From Catajapyx aquilonaris (lineage: Eukaryota): a stretch of DNA of 64,000 nucleotides. Under the pieces are notes generated by a model. It made no database searches and had not been told where the DNA came from. It saw only the letters and a program-made list of their open reading frames with translations. Of the stretch, positions 39,722 to 51,582 are shown piece by piece. The position numbers and the translations under genes were made by a program. The stretch lies in NCBI GenBank assembly GCA_000934665.2, contig KZ538295.1, positions 1 to 64,000 of the forward strand, in the 5' to 3' direction. Every line of letters begins with the position of its first letter. Position 1 is the first letter of the stretch.

Positions 39722-40801
39722 TAAGTTGACAAAAGGATGAATCTCTCCAGTAGCTAATGCACATTTTCCAACCGGTAGATCCCGATGTGTACGCGGAAGT
39801 TTAGTTCTCATGCGCTACTGAAGCATGCCATTCACTATTTTTTACACCCCCAAATTGTTGGAGATGTATACGTACGTACTTTACAACCTAGGCAACGACT
39901 GACACTTGAATAAGTTTCACAGCAGCACTTACCTTGTACAATTCGGCTGGATTACAGAGGATTAACACTATAATAGCACAACTTGAAAACTTATGTTGAG
40001 CTTCATTTTTACCTCGCAATGTAATTCAGCTAGGTCTTGAACAGGTCTTGAAGCAATGTGATTCATTCTGCCCATATACGTGCACGGAGAGTGAAGGCTT
40101 CACCAAATCAAAGAAGCTTATCATCTTTTGATGCCAAAAGCATTGCGAAGATATCGTATTCAAGGTGTTATTGTATTAGAGTAGCGTGATCCAGGTTCGT
40201 GACTTTATTTTTTGTGATTTATGATTTAGAGCTGTCAAGCATGTAAACTATAACTCTAGTCACAATAATGCATGGAAAGTCCAATCCTCGTACGTTCTTA
40301 CGCTAAAAATCAGTGCGGTCAGAATAGCCAGATAATTGGCACAATATTGGCTCGTTAATGATAGGGGAGCCTGATATTATACCGTTTGCAAAATTTTACA
40401 ATTGGGATATGAATAAATAGTGTGGTATTGAGCGTCGATTGAACGACAACAAGATAGTGTCCATGATTATGAAAAGTTAAGCAATCCTCCGTGGTTAAGA
40501 CTGCATAATGTTTACAACACAATGCACTCTGTTTCAGTAACGTAGTATGTACCAAAAAATTGGGCAAATGGCCAAGGATATTCTTTGATAACATAGGGTT
40601 ACTTCTGAAGCAATTCACAAAATTTCTGAATACTGCATATTGTGATATTTTCAGATATTTTCGGGCTCCATCAGTATGGGGTATCAAATAAAATAATAAT
40701 AATACTATAATAATAATCTGCAGTGTACTATTTTTATTGTCGTGAGTGTGCCCTTTATAACAATATTTGATCCAACTGCATCATTAACATCAAAGTTAGT
40801 C

Positions 40802-41784
40802 TTAACAGTCCTTGCGGCACTTATGTAGATCGCTCCACCCTTGGCAGTCGTTCGCTGTGGGGTCAACACTGGAACCTGCAAATGTAACAAAAATTATAAT
40901 CTTCACATATCCGGCCATATCTAATGTAAAAACATTCATTCAATTCAGAATAATAAATTACCTTCTTTCAATATGCATTTCATCACTTTCTCCCATTTTT
41001 GACCGCCCTCTGACAGGCACTGGTTGAATACTAATGCACTTTTTTGCATGTTTAGTTTTCCATCCGGATTAAGCTGAAAGCATGTGATTCACTTTAGTGC
41101 TTTATGGTTACGCTTACACGCCAAAACGAAGACGCCATTAGCAGAAGAGGCAATAATATTTACAAATATGAATGTTACAGATCTGCAGAATATTTTCAAA
41201 TATACTTAACGTATATAATATTATATGAGCGGCATGATTTTCATTGACGTGATGTAGGCATTTAAAGTTGTGGTTTCATATCCAGGTTTCAAAAATACTG
41301 CGTATTTATGTCATATTGCCACCGTAGTGTCCATATAATATACAGTGTTATTACTGTTCTTTAGTTGACTAAGTTCTATATAAAAGTTGCAACAATCGAT
41401 GGGTGATGCTTACCAGTCCCATACATTCAAAGAAGCATTGGGTCTCACACTGAAAATGCAATTATATCAATGTATTGATCATTAGTGCTGATAGAAATTA
41501 CTGCATTGAAAAAGTTATGATGATTATACTACTTACAGCATCTTTTCCCTTCTTAGTGCATTCACTCTCACATGTTCTGGCCTCTTTTAGACCGCATTCC
41601 TGCAACGGTTGTAATAGCATTGGATATACCACGAGTTTCATAAATAAGCTCACATTCATGCGGATATGAGCTAACTTATAAAACACACGGTGCTAATAAC
41701 ATGACTTACCTTGCAGTCAACAGTCTCATCGTCGCAAGACACAAGCACTGCAAGTGTCAACAACAGTACCAGTTTCAGCTCCAT
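40802..41784 (-). CDS. OBP16: OBP-like, 12 Cys
   Basis: MELKLVLLLTLAVLVSCDDETVDCK / ECGLKEARTCESECTKKGKDA / CETQCFFECMGL / LNPDGKLNMQKSALVFNQCLSEGGQKWEKVMKCILKE / GSSVDPTANDCQGWSDLHKCRKDC*. Confidence 0.85.
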
Positions 41785-42839
41785 TACTCCCTGCTAATTG
41801 TCAGCAATAGGATTCTCCTCAAATACTTGAGCAACAGACGAGTATGAACATATTCCATACAATTCGGTCCCTTATAAGAGCCAAAAATGATTACCGAATA
41901 ATTACATAATTTCCATCTCCGTGTTGATGAAGCAACAATCAACTTGCGACATTTTGCATAACTTACATTATGCGAACCATGACAATACCAGGCGTGAATT
42001 GTTTCATGCTTCCGACATTGTCTTGTCCTGTCATGTTGACTATAAAGCCTGACTCCTTACGTAATAATTCCGGACATTCCGGAGTGTATCACATTGAAAC
42101 TTGCGTGTGTCGGAAAACAATAACTCCGATTGGGATTTCTGGTTTTCCGTTTCTCAGTGCGCTTTCAGTCGCGTATACTATAGAAAGATGATCAGATTAT
42201 GATCTTTATTGTTGAATTCCAATGGTCACAGATCACACCTCCTATACCTTTACATATATAGGCACAATGCCCGTCACTTCTTTCATAAGGTTGAAGTCAC
42301 GTAATGAAATACGCAGCTTTTATTTCTCACATAGATTCATGTGGAGGAGATTTTCGAATGCGGACAATGTCTAACGAATCCGTTAAATTTTTTACCTGTC
42401 TGCGTTTGGACTTGCCCTTATTGATTATATTCGTGGCGATGATGGTAGAATATATTACATTAAATGTCCTGTACTTATCCGGGGTCCTGTCTAATTCACC
42501 GAAGTTTACCATAATTATCACTATTTTTTGGTGACAAGTCCAGGATTTTTCCCATGGAAATTCCGTGTCATCCGATGATTGCGCTATTCTGCTGACGAGT
42601 AATGTTGGTATGATCCATATTGTGACCTTCACTTTTAAAAGAGGTCCCTGTGACCAGCACAGGACGTGAGATTCACACGAATATACAGCATCTGCTTGTT
42701 TTTATGGCAAACTCACGCATCTGAAGTAGAGCACAATGCTGATGGTGTGAGGATTTTTAGGCACATTTATAGCATAATCCGAAGGCAACACATTCTCGTG
42801 TCACAAACTAGCTTTAGTTTGGCAGATATACTGACAGAC

Positions 42840-43850
42840 ATGAAGCATCTTTGCCTCTACCTGCTTTTTGGACTCCTCATCTGTCATGTTCAGGGTAAAT
42901 ATGTCGAGCAGGTAAGCCTTTAATCAGACATCGCAGCACGAGTATAAAAATTATGCGTGTTTCTTTTTAAATGTCCTTTAATATGTATGTACTATATAAT
43001 TATGTTCAATCAAAGGACTATAAATGCCCGGATGAAGAAGCAGCGATTGATAATATGGATAAGTGCACACGCTTAGTATCGGACGACCCTCGTGATATTC
43101 CCGTAAGTCTGACAATATATTATTTGGTTTTTCGAAAATGGCACAAATAGCATGATGAAAACAACTTAAAAGCATAGGCAACAACGGAGTGATGATGATC
43201 CATATTTGACAATAATTAACGCTTCATAAATAAACAATATGCGCAGGGTATTGCATAAAATGTATACTCCTGAGGTTGGCGCAAAATTATTAAATGTATT
43301 ATGCAGCCCGTATCTATATGCGTCACATTCCGTACTTCACAAGAGATAAGTACTTTTAATGTCACATTTTAATAGCGTAAAGGAGTAGCATATTGTAACT
43401 TTGTATTCCTCTGCATTTTGCAGTGCGTCGTAAGGTGCATGTTCAACCGAACCGGATATGTATGTATCAGTGAAATCTTCAATTATGGATTTAATATCTT
43501 TAATACTTGATGAGAATACCCATTAAAATTTAATAAATTATACTCTTACCTATAGTTGCTACCAAACGGAAGACCAGACATTGACAGGATAGAGGGAATG
43601 ACGATGCATTGCTCGGAAAACCCAGAGGATGAGAAGCCATTAATTGATTGTTTCAGGGAAATAGGTGAACCAATAATTTAATACACTGCACATAGTGTCA
43701 GATATTATATTACTTAAGCTTTTTTATGAGCTAACAATAATAATCGCTCTTTCAGAAGATCAAGTGGTACCAAAAGACAATGATGAGCACTGTGAAGCTT
43801 TCAACCCTATACTGGATTGCGTCATGAAAGTGGGTGGCTATACAGCATGA
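42840..43850 (+). CDS. OBP17: OBP-like, clade A, inverted orientation (unit 1), 8 Cys
   Basis: MKHLCLYLLFGLLICHVQGKYVEQ / DYKCPDEEAAIDNMDKCTRLVSDDPRDIP / CVVRCMFNRTGY / LLPNGRPDIDRIEGMTMHCSENPEDEKPLIDCFREI / EDQVVPKDNDEHCEAFNPILDCVMKVGGYTA*. Confidence 0.85.
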
Positions 43851-44383
43851 TCAACAAGACTTAATCTGGCTTTTTATAATGACCTATAACCCCGTCATAA
43901 AGCGACGGGGGCTAATGGTAGTTTAATCCTTTACTAATTACTGCAAGTGCCAATGTATATACTACAGCATGTGGCGGTTTATTGTGTATATAAGCCACAA
44001 GCAACTGCTGATCAAGGGTTGATTAAAAATTAAACACACTGAATGGAAGGATTTATTGGTTGTCGTACTAGTGTAAGGGAAGATGTCAGATACATTTCTG
44101 GTGATAAGGATTATGTTCATTTCACACATACTGTTCTTGAGTAGACTCTGTCATATACACATATTATTTCAAAACACCTTCATCTCACACCATCAAGGCG
44201 CTATAACAATTATTAACAAACGTTCAAATTTGACACTAGTCAGAATTAGCTGCTACATTTTATGAATCTGCCGAATTGGAATATTAATGTAACAACGATG
44301 AGCATGTAATTAACTTTTAAAATATCTAGAGTGATCAGACAATAATACTCTCACCTGTGGAAACTACAATATTTCAGAAGTTG

Positions 44384-45043
44384 CTAGGCTGTAGGGCTTG
44401 CTTCTGTAGAATTGCACTTGATCAGCTCTTCATATCCCATGCAGTTGGGATGATTCTCAACAATATTGCTCGCTAAAAAGAAGCCAATCATGATGCCTTA
44501 TAGCCATTTGATTGCAGTCAAATTTAATTAATATACGTACCCGCTTCCTTGATGCACTTCATCATCTCATCTTTGCTGTTTGGATTACATTTGTCTAGAA
44601 CATTCTCCACTTTTTCCAGGTCCAGTTCGTCCTCTGATTTTAACTAAGAATTTTTAGCACAAAAAAATATTCCAAGAGCTGTGGCATATCCTGTTAGTTG
44701 CAGGGCTGCATAATTTCTATTCTGCCCCTAAAATGCTTACCATTTCTATATTTTGCAGGAAGCATTTAACCACACACTGCAATAATAACGAGAAGTTAAT
44801 ACAGCCACGCAATAAACGATATCAACTGCCCCAGGCTTGGTTTTGGAGTCAGGAACTTCATTCCCGCAAGTTTCCATAGTCTTTGCAAAATCCTCCGTTT
44901 GTCATGCACTGCTGTAGTTCAAAAATAGTTTTTGAAGTTCAGTAAAACATCTTACTTTTGGTTCCCGACCAGTTGTTTGGTCGGTCAGGAATAATGCAGA
45001 GAAGCAAAATAATGAGAAGCAGTACCGCACAGATTTGTTTCAT
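44384..45043 (-). pseudogene. OBP18: OBP-like pseudogene (unit 1)
   Basis: Relative to intact OBP22: +4 nt in exon 1 (gaagcaaaataatgag vs gaagcaaatgag), +1 nt in exon 2 (atcctccgtttg vs atcctcgtttg), and a deletion that damages the intron-2 donor. Confidence 0.8.
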
Positions 45044-45370
45044 GGCAGCTGACTGAATTACTCTATCTGAGAAAATTGCCTTTATGAGCTGAAGGTCTCG
45101 CGCACATAATAACCTTCCAGCTTTTTTCCACGCTGCATGAGCTTCTTGAAATGTTGCATTTTTTATTAATTAAAAATAATAATCTTTGGTCAATGTGTGA
45201 TTCGTAGTATGTCCTTACGACGTTACTAATTACCTGTCAAGTATAGAGACACAGGTTCTTGTAAGAGTGTCGCTAAGGATTTTTAGGCACATTTAAAGCA
45301 TAATAATCCGAATGCAACACATTCTCGTGTCGCAAACTAGCTTTAGTTTGGCAGATATATACTAACAGAC

Positions 45371-45442
45371 ATGAAGCATCTTTGCCTCTACCTGCTTTTT
45401 GGACTCCTCATCTGTCATGTTCATGGTAAATATGTCGAGCAG
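45371..45442 (+). other. Orphan OBP signal-peptide exon at a duplication junction
   Basis: MKHLCLYLLFGLLICHVHGKYVEQ followed by a gtaatc donor, with ~95 bp of its own upstream sequence but no exons 2-5 of its own. Confidence 0.8.
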
Positions 45443-45783
45443 GTAATCCTTTAATCAGAGCTGACTAACTTACATTATGCGAACCATGACAATACCAGGC
45501 GTGAATTGTTTCATGCTTCCGTCTTGTACTGGCATGTTGACTGTCAGACTATGGAGCCTGACTCCTTACGTAATTATTCCGGACATTCCGGAGTGTATCC
45601 AATTGAAACTTGCGTGTGTCGGAAAACAATAACTCCGATTGTGATTTCGGTTTTCCGTTCCTCAGTGCGCTTTCAGTCACGTATACAGAAAGATGAACAT
45701 ACATCAGATTATGATCTTTATTGTTGAATTCCAGTGGTCACAGATCACACATCCTACCTTTACCTAAATAGGTAGGCACAGAC

Positions 45784-46089
45784 CTGTTTTCACTAAGGTG
45801 TGGGGACGTGAAAAAGACAACTTTTCAAAGCGAGTGTAACATAACCTAACCTAACCTACCTCACATAACCTACCTACCCTACCCTAACTAACCTAGGCTG
45901 AGAGAAATTGACCTTTGTGAAACCGTGCAAAACGAAATAATGGGGACATGTCCCCACTGTAACGGTAAAATTCTCGTGTGTGAAGCTGTTCGGCCCTGTG
46001 GGGACCTAAAATGTCCCCACAATTCGGTCAACGTCCCCAGAGTTACAGTAACAAACCTGTTTCCGTCCCCACACCTTATTGAAGACCAG
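45784..46089. mobile_element. MITE-like insertion with ~26-bp imperfect TIRs and an internal (AACCT)n-like tract
   Basis: ctgttttcactaaggtgtggggacg ... cgtccccacaccttattgaagaccag. Internal GGGGAC/GTCCCC motifs. Absent from the unit 1 paralogous site (~42265). Confidence 0.75.
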
Positions 46090-46672
46090 AACAATAGGCC
46101 TACTCGTCACTTGTTTCATAGGTTGAAGTCACGAAAATAATGAAATTTGCAGCTTTTATTACTCACATAGATTCATGTGATGGAGGAGATTTACGCATGC
46201 GGACAATGTCTAACGAATCCGTTTCGTTTTTTCTTGTCTCAGTTTGGACTTGGACTTATTGATTATATTCGTGGCAATGATGGTAGATATTACATTAAAC
46301 ATCCTGTACTTATACTGACTCCTGTCTAATTCACCGAAGTGTATAATTTTAACTAATGTTTTTGGTGACAAGTCCATGATTTTTCCATGGAAATTCCGTG
46401 TCATCCGATGATTGTGCAATTCTGCTGACGAGTCATGTTTGTATGATCCATATTGTGACCTTCACTTTTAAAATATGTCCCTGTGACCAGCACAGGACGT
46501 GAGATTCACACGAATATACAGCATCTGCTTGTTTTTATGGCAACCTCACGCATCTGAAGTAGAGCACACTGCTGATGGTGCGAGGATATTTAGGCACATT
46601 TATAGCATACTCCGAAAGCAACACATTTCTGTGCTACAAACTAGCTTTAGTTTGGCAAATATACTTACAGAC

Positions 46673-47607
46673 ATGAAGCATCTTTGCCTCTACCTGCTTT
46701 TTGGACTCCTCACCTGTCATGTTCAGGGTAAATATGTCGAGCAGGTAAGCTTTCAAACAGGCATGAGTATAAAAATTATGTGTGTTTCTTTTTAAATGTC
46801 CTTTAATATGTATATGTACTATATATGTTCAATCAAAGGATTACAAATGCCCGGATGAAGAAGCAGCGATTGATAAGTGCTCACGCGTAGTATCGGACGA
46901 CCCTCGTGATATTCCCGTAAGTCTGACAATATATTATTTGGTTTTTAAACAATGGCACAAATAGTATGATGAAAACAACTTAAAAGACTAGGCAACAACG
47001 GAGTGATGATGATCCATATTCGACAATAATTAACGTTTCATAAAACAATATGCACAGGGTATTGCATAAAATGTACTCCCGAGGTTGGCGCAAAATTATT
47101 AAATGTATTATGCAGCCCGTATCTATATGCGTCACATTCCGTACTTCACAAGAGATAAGTACTTTTAATGTCACATTTTAATATAGCAAAGGATTGTAAC
47201 TTTGTATTCCTCTGCATTTTTCAGTGCGTCGTAAGGTGCATGTTCAACGAAGCCGGATGTGTATGTATCAGTGAAATCTTCAATATTATATTAGGGATTT
47301 AATACTTGATGAGGATACACATTAAAATTTAATAAAATGTACTCTTACCTAGTTGCTACCGAACGGAAGACCAGACATTGACAGGATGGAGGAAATAACG
47401 ATGCGTTGCGAAAAAAACCCAGAGGATGAGAAGCCACTAATTGATTGTTTCAGGAAAATAGGTAAACCTACACTGCACATACTGTCGGATACAATAATAA
47501 TCGCTCTTTCAGAACATCAAGTGGTACCAAAAGACACCGATGAGCACTGTGAAGCTTTCAACCCTATACTGGATTGCGTCATGAAACTGGCTGGGGATAC
47601 AGCATAA
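46673..47607 (+). CDS. OBP19: OBP-like, clade A inverted (unit 2), 9 Cys
   Basis: MKHLCLYLLFGLLTCHVQGKYVEQ / DYKCPDEEAAIDKCSRVVSDDPRDIP / CVVRCMFNEAGC / LLPNGRPDIDRMEEITMRCEKNPEDEKPLIDCFRKI / EHQVVPKDTDEHCEAFNPILDCVMKLAGDTA*. Confidence 0.83.
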
Positions 47608-48109
47608 TCAACAAGACTTAATCTGGGTTGTTATAATGACCTAACCCCGTCATAAAGCGACGGGGGCTAATGGTCGTTTAATGGTTTACTAATTACTGCA
47701 AGTGCCAATGTGTAACAACAGTATGTGGAGGTTTATTGTGTATATAGGCCACAAGCAACTGCTGATCACGGGTTGATTAAAAATTAAACTCACTGAATGG
47801 AAGGATTTATTGGTTGTCGTACTAGTATAAGGCAAGATGTCAGATACATTTCTAGTGATAAGGATAATGTGCAATTATGTTCATTTCACATGTACACATT
47901 CAAACCACCTTCAACTCACACCATCAAGGCGCTATAGCAACGAACTAACATTCAAATTTGACACTAGTCAGAATTAGCTGCTACATTTTATGAACCTGCG
48001 AAATAAAATATTAATGTAATAACGATCAGCATGTAATTAACCTTTAAAATATAGAGTGATCAGACAATAATATTCTCTCCTGTGGAAACTACAATATTTC
48101 AGTAAGTTG

Positions 48110-48784
48110 CTAGACTGTCGGGCTTGCTTCTGTAGAATTGCACTTGATCAGCTCTTCATATCCCATGCTGTTGGGATGATTCTCAACAATATTGCTCGCT
48201 AAAAAGAAGCCAATCATGATACCTTATAGGTTATAGCCATTTGATTGCAGTCAAATTTAATTAATATACGTACCCGCTTCCTTGATGCACTTCATCATCT
48301 CATCTTTGCTGTTTGGATTGCATTTGTCGAGAACATTCTCCACTTTTTCCAGGTCCAGTTGGTCCTCTGCTTTTAACTAAGAATTTTTAGCACAAAAAAT
48401 ATTCCAAGAGCTGTGGCATATCCTGTTAGTTGTAGGGCTGCATAATTTCTATTCTGCCCCTAAAATGCTTACCATTTCTATCTTTTGCAGGAAGCCTTTA
48501 ACCACACACTGCAATAATAATGAGAAGTTAATACAACCACACAATAAACGATATCAACAATAGTACTTGCCCCAGGCTTGGTTTTGGAGTCAGGAACTTC
48601 ATTCCCGCAAATTTCCATAATCTTGGCAAAATCCTCCGTTTGTCATGCACTGCTGTAGTTCAAAAATAGTTTTTGAAGTTCAGTAAAACATCTTACTTTT
48701 GGTTCCTGACCAGTTGTTTGGTCGGTCAGGAATAATGCAGAGAAGCAAAATAATGAGAACCAGTACCGCACAGATTTGTTTCAT
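48110..48784 (-). pseudogene. OBP20: OBP-like pseudogene (unit 2)
   Basis: Same +4 and +1 frameshifts as OBP18, plus Cys-to-Gly in exon 3 (CVVKG) and Cys-to-Ser in exon 5 (PNSMGY). SINE inserted next to its TATA box. Confidence 0.82.
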
Positions 48785-48848
48785 GGCAGCTGACTGAATT
48801 ACTCTATCTAATCTGCGAAAATTGCCTTTATAAGCTGAACGTCTCGCG

Positions 48849-49042
48849 TGGTTTTCTGTGGTTTCCCACGGTCCTCCCAGGAAAATTCCGGAGTTGCTTC
48901 CGTAATTAATAGGCCACAGCAGCTTCCTTCCGTCCCTATCCTATCCCAATGAGCACAGTAAAATGAAAGCAAAGAGTTCCAGGCAAAACCAAACTTCCCC
49001 CCTAAAGAGCCGAAAATGGCTGATAACGGGGTACCGGTATGA

Positions 49043-49104
<62 letters not shown>
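48849..49104 (+). mobile_element. 5'-truncated SINE with (TTA)n tail
   Basis: Central block gtggttttctgtggttt...ccacagc(a/c)gcttccttcc shared with the SINE at 10913-11154. TSD ctgaa(c/g)gtctcgcg at 48835-48848 and 49105-49118. Confidence 0.8.
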
Positions 49105-49106
<2 letters not shown>

Positions 49107-49381
49107 GAAGGTCTCGCGCAAATAATAACCTTCCAGCTTTTTTCCACTCTGCATCTGCATGAGCTTCTTGAAATTTTGCATTTTTTATTAATTAAAAAAT
49201 AATAATCTTTGGTCAATGTGTGATTCTTAGTATGCTCTTACGACGTTGAACTACTAATTACCTGTCAAGTAAAGAGACACAGGTTCTTTGATTTTTAGGC
49301 ACATTTAAAGCATACTCAGACGGCAACACATTCCCGTGCCACAAACTAGCGTTAGCTTGGCAGATAATTATACTATCAGAC

Positions 49382-49456
49382 ATGAAGCATCTTTGCCTCT
49401 ACCTGCTCTTTGGACTCCTCATCTGTCATGTTCAGGGTAAATATTATATCGAGCAG
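49382..49456 (+). other. Second orphan OBP signal-peptide exon at a duplication junction
   Basis: MKHLCLYLLFGLLICHVQGKYYIEQ followed by a gtaagc donor; in-frame 3-nt insertion relative to the parent exon. Confidence 0.8.
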
Positions 49457-50099
49457 GTAAGCCTTTAATCAGAGTTGACTAACTTACATTATGCGAACCA
49501 TGACAATACGAGGCGTGAATTGTTTCATGCTTCCGACATTGTCTTGTCCTGGCATGTTGCCTATGGAACCTGTAATAATTCCGGACATTCCGGAGTGTAT
49601 CAAATTGAAACTTGCGTGTGTCGGAAAACAATAACTCCGATTGTGATTTCGGGTTTTCCGTTGTCTTACTTTGGACTTGGACTAATTGATTATATTCGTG
49701 GCAATGATGGTAGAATATATTACATTAAACATCTTGTACTTATCCGGACTCCTGTCTAATTCACCGAAGTGTATAATTTTAACTACTTTTTTTGGTGACA
49801 AGTCCAGGATTTTCACATGGAAATTCCGTATCATCCGATGATTGCGCAATTCTGCTGACGAGTCATGTTTATATGATCCATATTGTGACCTTCACTTTTA
49901 AAATATTTCCCTGTGACCAGCACAGGACGTGAGATTCACACGAATATACAGCATCTGCTTGTTTTTATGGCAAACTCACGCATCTGAAGTAGAGCACACT
50001 GATTGTGTGAGGATATTTAAGCACATTTATAGCATACTCCGAAGGCAACACATTTCTGTGCTACAAACTAGCTTTGGTTTGGCAGATATACTGACAGAC

Positions 50100-51082
50100 A
50101 TGAAGCATCTTTGCCTCTACCTGCTTTTTGGACTCCTCATCTGTCATGTTCAGGGTAAATATGTCGAGCAGGTAAGCCTTTAATCAGACATCGCTGCATG
50201 AGTATAAAAATATATGTGTGTTTCTTTTTAAATGTCCTTTAATATGCGTGTACCATGTTCAATCAAAGGACTACAAATGCCCGGATAAAGAAGCAGCGAT
50301 TGATAATTGCTCACGCTTAGTATCGGACGACCCTCGTGATATTCCCGTAAGTCTGACAATATATTATTTGGTTTTTAAACAATGGCACAAATAGCATGAT
50401 GAAAACAACTTAAAAGCATAGGCAACAACGGAGTGACGATGATCCACATTTGACAATAATTAACGTTTCATAAAACAATATGCGCAGGGTATTGCATAAA
50501 ATGTACTCCCGAGGTTAGTGCAAAATTATTAAATGTATTATGCACCCCATATCTATATGCGTCACATTCCGTACTGCGCACGAGATAAGTACTTTTAATG
50601 TCACATTTTAATATTGCAAAGGTGTAGCATATTGTAACTTTGTATTCCTCTGCATTTTACAGTGCGTCGTAAGGTGCATGTTCAACGAAGCCGGATGTGT
50701 ATGTATCAGTGAAATCTTCAATGATACGGATTTAATATCTTTAATACTTGATGAGGATACACATTAAAATTTGATAAATTATACTCTTACATATAGTTGC
50801 TACCGAACGGAAGACCAGACATTGACAGGATGGAGGAAATGATGATGCGTTGCGAAAAAAACCCAGAGGCTGAGAAGCCACTAATTGATTGTTTCAGGAA
50901 AATAGGTGAACCTACACTGCACATACTGTCAGATATAGCCTCTTCTTGAGCTTTTTTATGAGCTAACAATAATAATCGCTCTTTCAGAAGATCAAGTGGT
51001 ACCAAAAGACACTGATGAGCACTGTGAAGCTTTCAACCCTATGGTGGATTGCATCACGAAACTGGAAAGTGATGCAACATAA
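50100..51082 (+). CDS. OBP21: OBP-like, clade A inverted (unit 3), 9 Cys
   Basis: MKHLCLYLLFGLLICHVQGKYVEQ / DYKCPDKEAAIDNCSRLVSDDPRDIP / CVVRCMFNEAGC / LLPNGRPDIDRMEEMMMRCEKNPEAEKPLIDCFRKI / EDQVVPKDTDEHCEAFNPMVDCITKLESDAT*. Confidence 0.85.
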
Positions 51083-51582
51083 TCAACAAGACGTAATCTG
51101 GGTTTCTATAATGACCTAACCCCGTCGTAAAACGACGGGGGCTAATGGTAGTTTAATGCTTTACTAATTACTGCAAGTGCCAATGTGTAACAACAGTATG
51201 TGGAGGTTTATTGTGTAGCCTACAGGCCACTAACTAAGCAACTGCTGATCACGGATTGATTAAAAATTAAACACACTGAATGGAAGGATTTATTTTTGTC
51301 GTACTAGTATCAGCAAGATGTCAGATACATTTCTGGTGATAAGGATGATGTGCAATTATGTTGTACACATATTATTTCAAAACACCTTCAACTCACACCA
51401 TCAAGGCGCTATAACAATGAACTAACATTCAAATTTGACACTGAATTAGCTGCTACATTTTAGGAACCTGCCGAAATAGAATATTAACGTAACAACGATC
51501 AGCATGTAATTAACTTTTAAAATATAGAGTGATCAGACAATAATACTCTCGCCTGTGGAAACTACAATATTTCAGTAAGTTG

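Larger units (their letters stand above)
36649..40006 (-). pseudogene. OBP15: OBP-like with a transposon-expanded intron 1 and a 1-nt frameshift in exon 1 (pseudogene or homopolymer error)
   Basis: Exons 2-5 intact: CYTKKQAASIRASCKRKYDENTQPL / CLFPCFLESTGM / LDGYDKPD...CAPND...HCLRET / VRYIRPWISKCRGWRPFYDCINNY*. Candidate exon 1 (39933-40006) is 74 nt; one extra T at 39986-39989 restores MKLNISFSSCAIIVLILCNPAELYK. Confidence 0.7.
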
